Shown here in pieces: positions 37,696 to 48,700 of a stretch of DNA of 64,000 bases (position 1 is the stretch's first letter; each line of letters begins with the position of its first letter). This DNA comes from a virus. Taxonomy: Duplodnaviria; Caudoviricetes. The notes under the pieces are model-generated. The model was not told where the DNA came from. It saw only the letters and a list, made by a program, of their open reading frames with translations, and did no database searches. Location: the IMG/VR virus record IMGVR_UViG_3300043447_000100, positions 96,001-160,000 of that record, one strand, 5' to 3'. The translations under genes and the position numbers were made by a program.

Positions 37696-39134
37696 CACAA
37701 CCACAAACTTACGGCCCAGAAATACAAGAACTATTTGTCAGAATGATGCTGACAGACCCAACACTCTACACTCGGGTATCAAACATCTTAGACAGCGACA
37801 ACTTTGACAAGCGCATCAAGCCCTCAGTCAAGTTCATCAAAGAATACACAGACAAATACTCAAATGTACCAGATGCCGCTCAAATTAAAGCAACAACAGG
37901 TCTAGAAGTTGATAAAATTCAAGACGGTCTGCGTGACAGCGATGTGAACTGGTTCTTAGACGAGTTCGAGAAGTTTACAAAGCGACAAGCACTCGAACGA
38001 GCAATCTTAGAAAGTGCTAAGCTACTTGAAGACGGCAACTACGGCCCGGTAGAGAAGCTAATCAAAGACGCAGTTCAAATCTCGCTACAGAAAGACATGG
38101 GCACAGACTACTTTGCTGACCCTGCCGCTCGTATCAACAAATACTTCAACTCAGGCGGTCAAGTATCAACAGGCTGGCAACAACTCGACCGTCTACTCTA
38201 CGGCGGCTTCTCACGAGGCGAACTCAATATCTTCGCAGGCGGCTCGGGCTCCGGCAAGTCGCTGGTCATGATGAACATGGCGCTCAACTGGTTACAGCAA
38301 GGTATGTCAGGCGTGTATGTGTCGCTAGAACTTTCAGAAGAACTAACCTGTTTGCGTAGTGATGCGATGTTGACTGCTATGAGCACAAAAGACATTCGTA
38401 AAGACATATCACAAACCGAGCTAAAAGTCAAGATGGCGTCTAAGAGCGCAGGTCAGTATCGTGTCAAAGCAATGCCTGCTCAGTCAAACGTAAACGACAT
38501 TCGTGCGTATCTAAAAGAAGTTCAGATTCAGACAGGTATCAAAGTTGATTTCGTCATGGTCGACTACCTTGACCTAGTTATGCCTGTGTCAGTCAAAGTC
38601 AACCCTAACGATCAGTTCATCAAAGACAAGTATGTGTCAGAAGAACTACGCAATCTAGCAAAAGAGCTAGGAGTCTTGCTAGTCACAGCATCACAGTTGA
38701 ATCGTTCGGCGGTTGAAGAGATTGAGTTTGATCACTCGCACATCGCCGGCGGTATCTCAAAGATCAACACCGCTGACAACGTGTTCGGCATCTTTACGAG
38801 CCGAGCAATGCGAGAGCGCGGCGTGTATCAGATTCAGTGTATGAAGAGTCGTAGTTCTACTGGCGTCGGTCAGAAGATTGACTTGACCTACAACATTGAG
38901 ACAATGCGCATCACAGATGAGGGCGAGTCTCAAGGCGAGACAAACGTGGCAGCCTCATTCCTAAGCAAGATCAAGGGCGCCGGAGTGCCTGCCTCTCAAG
39001 TCACGACCTTCAACCCATCAATCGTACCGTCAAACGGCGAGGGCCAACCCGAGGAAGATCATAAGAAAGTCAAGGCTGACATTCAAAGCAACAAGCTGGC
39101 CAGCATGTTAAATCAACTAAAGAAGCCTGGCTGA
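37692..39134 (+). CDS. Replicative DnaB-like helicase (gp41-like)
   Basis: GGSGSGKS, SLELSE, VDYLD, TASQLNR and KSR. Confidence 0.95.
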   Translation: MTQPQTYGPEIQELFVRMMLTDPTLYTRVSNILDSDNFDKRIKPSVKFIKEYTDKYSNVPDAAQIKATTGLEVDKIQDGLRDSDVNWFLDEFEKFTKRQALERAILESAKLLEDGNYGPVEKLIKDAVQISLQKDMGTDYFADPAARINKYFNSGGQVSTGWQQLDRLLYGGFSRGELNIFAGGSGSGKSLVMMNMALNWLQQGMSGVYVSLELSEELTCLRSDAMLTAMSTKDIRKDISQTELKVKMASKSAGQYRVKAMPAQSNVNDIRAYLKEVQIQTGIKVDFVMVDYLDLVMPVSVKVNPNDQFIKDKYVSEELRNLAKELGVLLVTASQLNRSAVEEIEFDHSHIAGGISKINTADNVFGIFTSRAMRERGVYQIQCMKSRSSTGVGQKIDLTYNIETMRITDEGESQGETNVAASFLSKIKGAGVPASQVTTFNPSIVPSNGEGQPEEDHKKVKADIQSNKLASMLNQLKKPG

Positions 39135-39158
39135 TAAGTCCAAGATAAATACAATATT

Positions 39159-39416
39159 ATGAAGCGTAACACCCGCAGCCTATTAGAAGAACTTGAAGAT
39201 ATTAGCAAGAACCGTGATACTAAGCATATCATCGAAAGTCGTGCTAATAACGTCATATCTTCAGCGATTCACCTACTTGAGGTAATCGAGCGTAATTTTA
39301 CTCCTGAGCAGGCAGCTGTCCTAGAGAAAAAATTACTAGTAGCCATCAAGAACAGAGATCAAAATAAGTTTGTCAACGGGTTAAAGCGCACTCAGAATCA
39401 AAATCCTGAGGCATAA
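39159..39416 (+). CDS. Hypothetical late protein
   Basis: 85-aa ORF, 7 nt after GATAAATA. Confidence 0.7.
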   Translation: MKRNTRSLLEELEDISKNRDTKHIIESRANNVISSAIHLLEVIERNFTPEQAAVLEKKLLVAIKNRDQNKFVNGLKRTQNQNPEA

Positions 39417-39499
39417 CAGCCGACTTTTTTTAGAAAAAGATAAATAACATTAGGAACATAGTGTTCCAACCATTATAGATCATTTAAGGAGAAATCAAA

Positions 39500-39841
39500 A
39501 TGGCAGGCTTTACAAAAACAAATGGCACATACGGCCCAATCGGTTCAGTTATCAACCCATTCGGTCCAGGCGTTACTGTATTCAGTGGTGACCTAGGCGC
39601 TGACCCATCAGCACAAATTGGCCCAGGCCAAGCTGTTGAGAAGGTTATCGAGTACTTCACACAACTAGGTACAGTTGCTATGTATCAAGTTAACACTACC
39701 GGCGCTTACAAAGTTGTTCTATACCCAGCAGGTTACCCAGTAACTGCCGCTGCAGCTCAGACAGCTATTCGTGCTTTCGGTACAGTTAACGGTTACGACC
39801 TAAGTGGCGCTACTGTTACTTCTGGCGACCTAATCGCCTAA
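39500..39841 (+). CDS. Small, probably abundant virion protein (decoration-like)
   Basis: Own late box, strong TAAGGAG RBS, own terminator and strongly biased codons. Confidence 0.6.
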   Translation: MAGFTKTNGTYGPIGSVINPFGPGVTVFSGDLGADPSAQIGPGQAVEKVIEYFTQLGTVAMYQVNTTGAYKVVLYPAGYPVTAAAAQTAIRAFGTVNGYDLSGATVTSGDLIA

Positions 39842-39859
39842 TCAGTTTCTAACTGAACG

Positions 39860-39888
39860 AAAAAGCCCAGATTTTTCTGGGCTTTTTT
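39860..39888 (+). terminator. Rho-independent terminator (potentially bidirectional)
   Basis: AAAAAGCCCAGA-TTTT-TCTGGGCTTTTTT. Confidence 0.9.
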
Positions 39889-39906
39889 ATTGTCTCTAAA
39901 TATCGT

Positions 39907-40338
39907 GTGCGAATCATTTGTAAAACACTTTTCGATATTACTCAGACTAATGTAAACACTCGTAGAACAACGCCTACAGGCAATATCAATCACGAGCGTC
40001 AACGTGGTCAGCAAAGCAATTTCGAGACTCTTTTGCAAATCATTTCCATGAGAGCCCAGCCTGAAAATATTCAGCCTCCAGAAAAGACTATGGAGAGTTT
40101 AGACGGCAAGTGGGGCAACAAGTATACGAATGAGACTAAAGTTCCTGTGTGGACATTCTCATTTGACGTAGTTTTCGGCGGAGTATTTGATGACGGTGTT
40201 TCAAAACTAGGATATCTATATGCGGACTGCTCTAATGTCCCTATGATAGCTAATTTAGAAGAATGGGCAGCCGCAGGAAGCTCATTGAACTCATCAGTAG
40301 AACTACGAAACGTATATTTTGAGGTATCACATGGTTAA
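39907..40338 (+). CDS. Hypothetical protein
   Basis: GTG start 4 nt after CTAAATA; TLFDIT.T and Q..NFETLLQ.IS.RAQP. Confidence 0.7.
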   Translation: MRIICKTLFDITQTNVNTRRTTPTGNINHERQRGQQSNFETLLQIISMRAQPENIQPPEKTMESLDGKWGNKYTNETKVPVWTFSFDVVFGGVFDDGVSKLGYLYADCSNVPMIANLEEWAAAGSSLNSSVELRNVYFEVSHG

Positions 40339-40810
40339 CAAGTCAATTTCAGAAGTCTATTCAGAGCTAAGCAACATCGTAGGCAAAACAATGTCTAAGA
40401 TTGCTCATGGGGTGCTTATAAAAACTGAACATGGCGTAGTAGTCTATAACAAATACGTCATAGTCAAGACCGCTGATGGCGTTGATCTTTATACCAGAAC
40501 TGGCCAAGAGGAAATTATGTCCTTCAATTCAGCAAAAACCGCCCTAATCTGGTCGATCCTAGACAACAGCCTTCAAGTCTCAGCCGCAAGACGAGTCCGA
40601 GAACTAGACACTCTGCTATATAGCGCCAACTTTGACGTTGAGGTCCACAAAACCTACAAAAAGAAGACAAAAACCGAAGATTATCTAATCTACTACAGCA
40701 AATACCAGCATGCCAGGGTCAGACAAAAACAGTTTCTGTTAGAATTAGATAAATACACTATATTAGCACAACGGTGCCAATCCAAAGGAACAAAACATGA
40801 AATTAAATGA
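40331..40810 (+). CDS. Hypothetical protein
   Basis: ATG 40331 after GAGG RBS. Confidence 0.7.
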   Translation: MVNKSISEVYSELSNIVGKTMSKIAHGVLIKTEHGVVVYNKYVIVKTADGVDLYTRTGQEEIMSFNSAKTALIWSILDNSLQVSAARRVRELDTLLYSANFDVEVHKTYKKKTKTEDYLIYYSKYQHARVRQKQFLLELDKYTILAQRCQSKGTKHEIK

Positions 40811-41528
40811 AATGAATCTAGGCAAAAAAGAAACAGCTAAACGTGCTCTAAAGGAGAACTTTGAGTTGAACCTAAACTTTGACAAGTTAGGCATGAAGCA
40901 AACTAAGAATATGCTAACTCGTGTTCGTGGTCTAATCAAAGAATCACGTACTAGCAGTTCATATCACGTTCGTCATCAAAACGCTGGCTATATGAAGCTA
41001 GTAATGATGGAACAAGCCCTAGCAAGTCACTATGGTGATCTACGTGTTCAACAGCAAATCATGATGGAGAACGAAGAAGTTCAGAAGTCACAAGTTATCT
41101 TAGCTGCACAAGACATGGTAGACACAATTCAGAAGATGATTGAAGACATTTCTAAGATGAAGGTCGAAGAAGTTAACGCAGTTGTTAACGGCATCAACAA
41201 TGAATTCGGTACATCTGAAGGCGAGACATTTAATAGTGCGGTAACTGAAGCTCTTGGTGCTCTAGAACAAGCTCTTTCACAAGCTAAGCAAGGCGTATCT
41301 AGTGCTATGGGTGCTCTAACTGGTGAAGGCGGCGGTGACTTCGGTGGCGATGCTGGCGGCGACTTAGGTGGCGCTGATCTAGGAGCAGGCGATGAAGGAA
41401 TGGGCGACATGGGTGCTGATCTCGGCGGCGATGATATGGGCGGCGATATGGGTGGTGAACTACCTGAAATGCCAGCAGGTGAAGAAGAAGCCGAAGACGT
41501 AGGCAATGCTGGTAGAGAGATGCGCTAA
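40797..41528 (+). CDS. Putative prohead core / scaffold-like protein
   Basis: MKLNE N-terminus, coiled coil, acidic G/D/M-rich tail; late box at 40748. Confidence 0.55.
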   Translation: MKLNEMNLGKKETAKRALKENFELNLNFDKLGMKQTKNMLTRVRGLIKESRTSSSYHVRHQNAGYMKLVMMEQALASHYGDLRVQQQIMMENEEVQKSQVILAAQDMVDTIQKMIEDISKMKVEEVNAVVNGINNEFGTSEGETFNSAVTEALGALEQALSQAKQGVSSAMGALTGEGGGDFGGDAGGDLGGADLGAGDEGMGDMGADLGGDDMGGDMGGELPEMPAGEEEAEDVGNAGREMR

Positions 41529-41887
41529 TGAAATTATTTGAGCTAGACGCTGGCTTTGATAATGATGATCCGCTACGAGTAGCCACTGCGGCTGCTCTAG
41601 CACGAGTAAAATCAGATATTGAAGACAGTGCTTACAAAGGCGAGTTCAAAGTCAAGAGTCTATTGAAGATTCTACATGACTATGACGTTGATATCGATCA
41701 TGCTCAATTAATCGAGTTATCAAAGGAAGAGCCTTGGAGCAATCTAATCGCTAAAATCAAAGGCGATCACGTTATTTTCAAAGGTGATCCTGATGAAAGT
41801 TCAGACACAATGAAGCCAGACGAAACAACAGATACACTCGAAAAAATGGCAGGTAGAGCCGGTAAGAAACAAGAAAAAGGACTGTAA
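41528..41887 (+). CDS. Putative internal head protein (MKLFE)
   Basis: 119 aa, translationally coupled to the previous gene. Confidence 0.6.
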   Translation: MKLFELDAGFDNDDPLRVATAAALARVKSDIEDSAYKGEFKVKSLLKILHDYDVDIDHAQLIELSKEEPWSNLIAKIKGDHVIFKGDPDESSDTMKPDETTDTLEKMAGRAGKKQEKGL

Positions 41888-41912
41888 AGTCCTTTTTTGT
41901 TATCCAAAACAT

Positions 41913-41941
41913 TTGCGTTCTGTAGTACTAAGTGCTATAAT
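41913..41941 (+). promoter_or_regulatory. Sigma70-type promoter, leaderless
   Basis: CCAAAACAT-TTGCGT-17 bp-TATAAT with TG extension; ATG 5 nt downstream. Confidence 0.65.
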
Positions 41942-41946
41942 ACACA

Positions 41947-42663
41947 ATGCCCTATATTCCTAAATTCGATTACAAACCATTATCTCGTGCCAATGTTGAC
42001 GGTAAACGCTTATACGCAACACCAGACGGCAAAAAACTACCCTCAGTAACAACAATCTTAGACGCTACTAAGCCTGAAGAAGAAAAACGTGCTCTTATGG
42101 AGTGGCGTAAGGCAGTAGGTGAAGCTAAAGCTCAAGCTATCACAACAGAAGCGGCAAATCGCGGTACTCGTATGCACTCGTACTTAGAAAAGTACATCAA
42201 AGAAGGCACAATGCCGCCGAAAGCATCAAACCCTTTTACCTGGGCAAGTCATGCTATGGCCCACGAAGTAGTAAATCAAGGCTTAGTTAAAGCAGACGAG
42301 TTCTGGGGCATTGAAGTGCCTCTTTACTTCCCTGGCGTGTATGCTGGTACGACAGACTGCGTAGGTATTCATCAAGGCCGCGAAGCAATCATGGACTTTA
42401 AGCAGTCAAACAAAGTCAAAAAGCGTGAGAACATCTCGGGCTACTTCTTACAGTTATGTGCTTATGCTGAGGCACACAATGAACTTTACGGCACTAACAT
42501 CAACACCGGCGTGATCTTGATGTGTGTCAAACCTGAGATGGACGCTAATCAAAACGTCAAGTCTCAACCGCAATATCTTGAGTTTGTATTAGAAGGTAGT
42601 GAGTTCGAACACTACAGAAACTTGTGGTGGCAACGCTTAGAGCAATATTACAGCAAGGTTTAG
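41947..42663 (+). CDS. PD-(D/E)XK exonuclease
   Basis: LPSVTTIL, RGTRMH, E..L, AGTTD, IMDFKQS and QL.AYA. Confidence 0.88.
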   Translation: MPYIPKFDYKPLSRANVDGKRLYATPDGKKLPSVTTILDATKPEEEKRALMEWRKAVGEAKAQAITTEAANRGTRMHSYLEKYIKEGTMPPKASNPFTWASHAMAHEVVNQGLVKADEFWGIEVPLYFPGVYAGTTDCVGIHQGREAIMDFKQSNKVKKRENISGYFLQLCAYAEAHNELYGTNINTGVILMCVKPEMDANQNVKSQPQYLEFVLEGSEFEHYRNLWWQRLEQYYSKV

Positions 42664-42707
42664 GAGCATAGCCATGATAAATAGTAGTATCAGGACATAT
42701 TACTACC

Positions 42708-45700
42708 ATGGCAATTACTCAAAACAGCAGAATCATCAACAGAACCGGCAATCTAGCAGACCTACCTCAATTAGCACCAGGTGAACTAGGTTGGGCCAGT
42801 GATGTAAAGCGTCTATTCATCGGTAACGAAGCAAAAGACGGCGCAAATACAGTACCAGACAATACGGAAATCTTAACGATTTTCAACCCAGGTAGTGGCG
42901 CAGGTTCAAATACACAGATTCAAATCAACAAAGAGGGTGCTCTTTATGCCGAAGACTCCTTCAAGTATGACTATGAAGCTAATACTCAGCTTCTAACAGT
43001 TCCTAACGTATCAGTTACAACACAAGTAACAATCGGCTCAAACGCTGGTGTAGATACCTCTGCTCTAGACCTAAACAACAAAGAACTAGTTGTTTATGGT
43101 AACGCTATTATCACTGGCGACATTACCGCCGCTGGTAACATTACCTATGTTAGTCAGAATCAACTAACAGTTTCAGACCCTGTTATTCAGTTAGGTGTCG
43201 TATCAGGCAGTGGTCAGACAGCACAAGCGTATGTCGGCGACCGCGGCATTATGTTGAATCACCAGAGTTCTAAAGAAGCGGCATTCATGGGCTATATGCC
43301 TGGCGGTGATCAAACAAAGATGAACTTTGCTAACTATTTCGTCATGGGCGATGTAGCAAAGTATGCTAACGGCGAATTGTGGTACGAGCCTACACTGACT
43401 TCTAACAACGTTGTCTTAAAGAAGTTCGGCGATACAATCATGGGCAACATTGTCCTAGCTGAAACAGCAAACCCTACAAGTGACTTAGCTACAACTGCTA
43501 AAGTGATTGTTGGTAAGAATACACACATCTGGACAAAGTATGTTCAGAACGACAACAGTAATATTGAAATCAGAGCAAACGGCTCAACATCTACATCAAG
43601 TATCAGAGACTTCGGCGGTGCTGATAGTTATTTCTCTAATGCTACAAGTGATACCGGCAACATTATCTTCAACGTTCGCAACGTAGCAAGCGTTATTGAT
43701 GTATCGGCTGATCCTACCTTAGGCGACCCAGCTTATGCTAACGCAAACGTGATCAACGAATACAAGAACGGCAACGCTAACTACAACTCTAAGTCAACTA
43801 CATATCTAAACGGTAACGTTGTTATTCAACGCATTAAGAGTAGTTTGATTCCTGCTGTTGACGGCGCACTAGGTGCTAATAGTGGCAGTGTAGGCAATGC
43901 TGTTGATGGCTATGACTTAGGTAGCGACAACTTTAGATGGCGTGATCTTTATCTTTCAGGCAACACAATCTATCTAGGCGAAGCAGGCACAGCAAACGTA
44001 GGCAATCCTGGTGACCCTACTACTAACCCTGCTTACAAGAACAGTGCTAAGATTCAGATTGCTAACTTAGTAACGACTACAGGTAACACATCTGCACTAA
44101 CATTTATGGCGCCCGATACTGCTCACTATGTTCTTTACAAGAGCGGCGGCTCAAGTAAGTTGAGTTTGTTCAGTAACGTGGCACAAGGCCCTGGCGCTTA
44201 TGCTAACGGCGCACTAGCACCAGTAGTAACACTAGACAGTAGCGGTAACGTAACAACTACAAGTAACGTAGGCGGCGTAACTCAAACAGTTACAATGACA
44301 CCATCTGGTAGTGTAACATCACAAACAACTGCGGCTAACGGCGCTGTTACGACAGTAGCAATCGCAAGTTCAACAAACCCTGCCGCAACCGGCGTATCAA
44401 CACAGCAACAATATGCTAACGGTGATGTAATCAGTTACAGTAATCTATATGCTAACGGCACATTTACAACCGCAGATAGCACAGGTAACTCAACAACAAT
44501 CACACCTACCGGCATTACACTAACCGGCGGTAACATTCAGAGTACATCAGCAGGTACTAACCCGTTCAACGGCGACTTAGAAGTTGCTGGTTGGGCTAAC
44601 GTACACGGCGGCACCTTAAACATCTCTGATACCGCTAAAGACATTTCAGGCGTTGTTACACAAGCAAACACTGCTATCATCTCATCTCTAAACAATACAT
44701 TCAGTTTGTTGAACACTAACGTCAACACAGCAAACGTATTAGGTGCTGGTGCTACAATCAATATCGCACGTGATATCGCAACAAGTGGCGGCACACTATC
44801 AGTCGGCCCTACAGGCTTAGTAGCATCTGGAACTCGCTCATATACAATGGGCATGAGTGCTCCTACAAACCCAGCGATTGTAACAACTACTAACCTGTTC
44901 AATACTAACGTTGATACCTTAAACTTTGCTGGTAGTGCTAACACTATCAACATGGGTACAACAAGTGGTACACTAACAGTCAACAACCCAACAGTTGTAG
45001 GCACACAGCCTGTACAAAACTTGTGGAACACTGTTACTTCAACGTTCAACATCTTTGGTAACGCTTCAACTATTAACGCAGGCGCCGCTAACTCAACCTT
45101 AAATCTACAAGCAAGTACAATCGTTGGTGTTTCTACACAAACAACACAAAACTTGTGGAACGCAAATGCGACCACAGTTAACGCATTCGGTGCTGCCGAT
45201 ACAATGAACGTTGGTAATGCTAATAGTACACTGAACTTGTTAGCAAACACAATCGTAGGCACTGCTACACAAACAACACAAAACTTGTGGAACGCAAACG
45301 CAACAACAGTCAATATGTTGGGCGCGGCCTCTACTATCAACATGGGCGCAGGCAGTGGCACACTAACTATCGGCAACCCTATTGTCGTTGGTACACAAGC
45401 AACACAAAACTTGTGGAACACTACCGCGTCAACAGTCAACTTCGGCGGCGCTGCAACTGCTATCAACATCGGTAACACTGCCGGTATTATGACGCTACGC
45501 AACCCAACAGTCGTAGGTACACAAACAACACAGTCACTATTCAACACAGTAGCAACTACGCTCAACTTCGGCGGTGCTGCCACAACAACAAACATGGGTG
45601 CTGCCAACTCAGTACTCAACTTGCGTTCAAGCACTGTTGTAGGTACATCAACACAAACAACACAAAACTTGTGGGATGCTAACGCAACTACAGTCAACTT

Positions 45701-48700
45701 TATCAGTGCAGCTATCAACGCTAACATTGCTAAGATTGCTACAACACTCAACCTAGCAAGTGAAGCAACTGCTGCACAAACTGCTAACGTTGCTCTAACA
45801 TCAGGCACACAAACTGCCAACGTACTATACGCAGGCGGTGCTTCACAAACGGTTGATGCTATTCGCTCAGCAGGTACGCAAACTGCTAACGTACTCTACG
45901 CAACTGGTGATCAAACACTTGCTCTAGGTCACACAGCAGCCGATCAAACACTAACCGCGTTTACTGCTGCCAGTGATCAAACAGCAACTGCGCTAACTGC
46001 CGGTGCGACACTAACAGCAAACATCTTGTACAGTGCTGACGATCAAACTCTCAACTTAGGTCGCACTGCTACTGACTTGACTGCTAACGTGCTGAACAGT
46101 GGTGCTACACAAGCACTAGATATCGCACGAGCAACTACTACTCTAACTGCTAATGCTTTCACAGCAGGTACAGATCAAACCTTAGTATTAGCAACTGCTG
46201 GTGCTGACTTGACTGCTAATGCTCTATCAGCAGTAAGCGATGCTACACTAACAATCGGCAGAACAGGTGCTACGCTAACAGCAACAGTACTACGCAGTGG
46301 TGACGATCAAACCTTAACTCTAGCAGTAAGCGATCAGAACCTAACAGCAAATGCGTTCTACAGCACAGACGATCAGGCTCTCAACTTAGGTCGCACTGCT
46401 GGTGATCTAACAGCCAACTTGCTAAACGCAGGCGCTTCACAAACCCTAGAACTTGCTAAAGCAACTACAACACTAGACGCTAACGTATTGTACAGTGGCG
46501 GTGATCAAGACTTGACACTAGGCACAACAGCAGGCTTTATGACTGCTAACGTGTTGTATAGTACAAACAACATGAACGTAGACTTAGCTCGTTCAGCAGT
46601 CAACATCACAGGTAACGTACTAGCAAGTACAATGGATCAAACACTAGCCTTAGCAACTGCCGGCGGCATTCTAAGTGCTAATGCGTTCTACAGTACCTCA
46701 GATCAATCACTAGGCTTCGCAAGAACCGCCGCTAACTTAGCCGCAAACGTACTCTACTCAACTGATACAATGCAGTTGAACTTAGCACGTACTGCTTCTA
46801 CTCTAGCCGCTAACGTTCTTTACAGTGCTGACGATCAGAACTTATCTCTAGGTCGCACCGCTAACGATATGACAGCGAACTTGTTCTACGCAGGTCAAAC
46901 ACAAACAGCTAACGTATTGACAACAGGTTCAACACAAACAGCTAACGTACTAGTCAGTGGTGCAGCACAAACCTTAACTCTAGCAGGAGCTACAACTACA
47001 CAAAACTTAGTTCTTGCTAATGCTGGCGGCACACAAGTTATTGACGCATTTACAACTACAGGTACGCAAACATCTAACGTGTTAGTTGTAAGTGGTACCG
47101 CCTCACAAACTGCTAACATCGCTCAAGCACAAGGCACACAGACCTTAAACATTGCGACACTAAGTACAGCAAGTAGTATCTACAACTTGTTTACAGGTCC
47201 TACAGGCTCAGGCAACACTAAGACAATCAACTTCGGCACAGGCGGTCAATCTAACACTACTAACTTCAACATTGGTAGTAACGCCGGTACAATGATTATC
47301 AACACACCAGCAATCGCCGGTTCACAAACAACTCAGTCACTATACAACACAACAGCAACAACAGTTAACTTTGCTGGTGCGGCTACTACTATCAATATGG
47401 GTGCTGGCAACGGTACTCTAAACTTGTTGTCAAACACAGTTGTTGGTACAGCTTCTCAAACTACACAGAACTTGTGGGATGCTAATGCTACAACAATCAA
47501 CTTCGGTGGTGCAGCTACTGCTATCAATATTGGTGCTACGAGCGGTACAGTCTTAATCGACAACCCAACAGTCGTAGGTAGTCAAGCTACTCAAAACTTG
47601 TGGGACAGCAACGCTACTACGATTAACTTCGGCGGCGCGGCTACTGCTATCAACATCGGCGCTACAACTGGTACAGTCTTAATCGACAACCCAACAGTCG
47701 TCGGTAGTCAAGCCACACAAAATCTATGGGATGCTAACGCTACAACTATCAACTTCGGTGGTGCAGCAACGCAAATCAATATCGGCGCTACAAGTGGTAC
47801 TGTCTTAATTGATAACCCAACTGTTGTCGGCTCACAAACAGTTCAGAACTTGTGGGACGCTAACGCAACTACAGTTAACTTCGCACGTGCTGCCACAACA
47901 CTAAACATGGGTGCTACAAGTGGTACTGCTACCCTACAGAACCCAACAGTAGTTGGTACGCAAACAACACAGAACTTGTGGAACACAGTAGCAACTACAG
48001 TTAACTTAGCCGGTACTGCCTCTACAATCAACATGGGCGCAACTGGTGGCACTACAACCCTACGCAGTTCAACAGTAGTTGGTACAGACACAACTCAAAA
48101 CTTGTGGGACACAACTGCTACTACAGTCAACGCATTTGGTGCCGCATCTACTATCGCAATGGGCGCAAGTGGCGGCACAACAACCCTACGTAGTTCAACT
48201 GTAGTCGGCACAGGCGCAACACAAACTCTATGGAACACTACTGCTACTACAGTTAACGCATTCGGTGCGGCTACTGCTATTAACGTTGGCGCTACAAGCG
48301 GCACAGTAACTATCAACAACCCAACTGTTGTTGGTACACAAACAACACAGAACTTGTGGAACTCAACTGCCACAACAGTGAACTTTGCTGGTGCTGGTAC
48401 TGCGATCACAATCGGTGCTACTTCAGGCACTACTACAGTTCGCAACGACTTAGCAGTTAACGGCAGTGTAACACTAGGCGACGCTAACACAGACAACGTT
48501 GTATTCAATGCTGACGTAAACAGTAGCATTATTCCTAACAACAACGTTACTAACGACTTGGGTACAGCCGCACAACAGTGGCGCAACCTATTCGTACAAG
48601 ACATAACATTGAGCGGTGACGTTGCTGTAAACGGTGGTGACATCACTACAACACAAACAACGTTCAACCTAATCAACACTAACGCTACTACACTCAACGT

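Noticed and set aside
41947-42663. Exonuclease as Cas4 of a CRISPR system
   Set aside because: It lacks the four-Cys Fe-S cluster pattern, and there is no array or other cas gene nearby.
44984-48440. Recurring CAAAACTTGTGG-like DNA units as a possible CRISPR array or DGR template
   Set aside because: The units are in-frame QNLW protein repeats with synonymous variation. There are no unique spacers, no cas genes and no reverse transcriptase.
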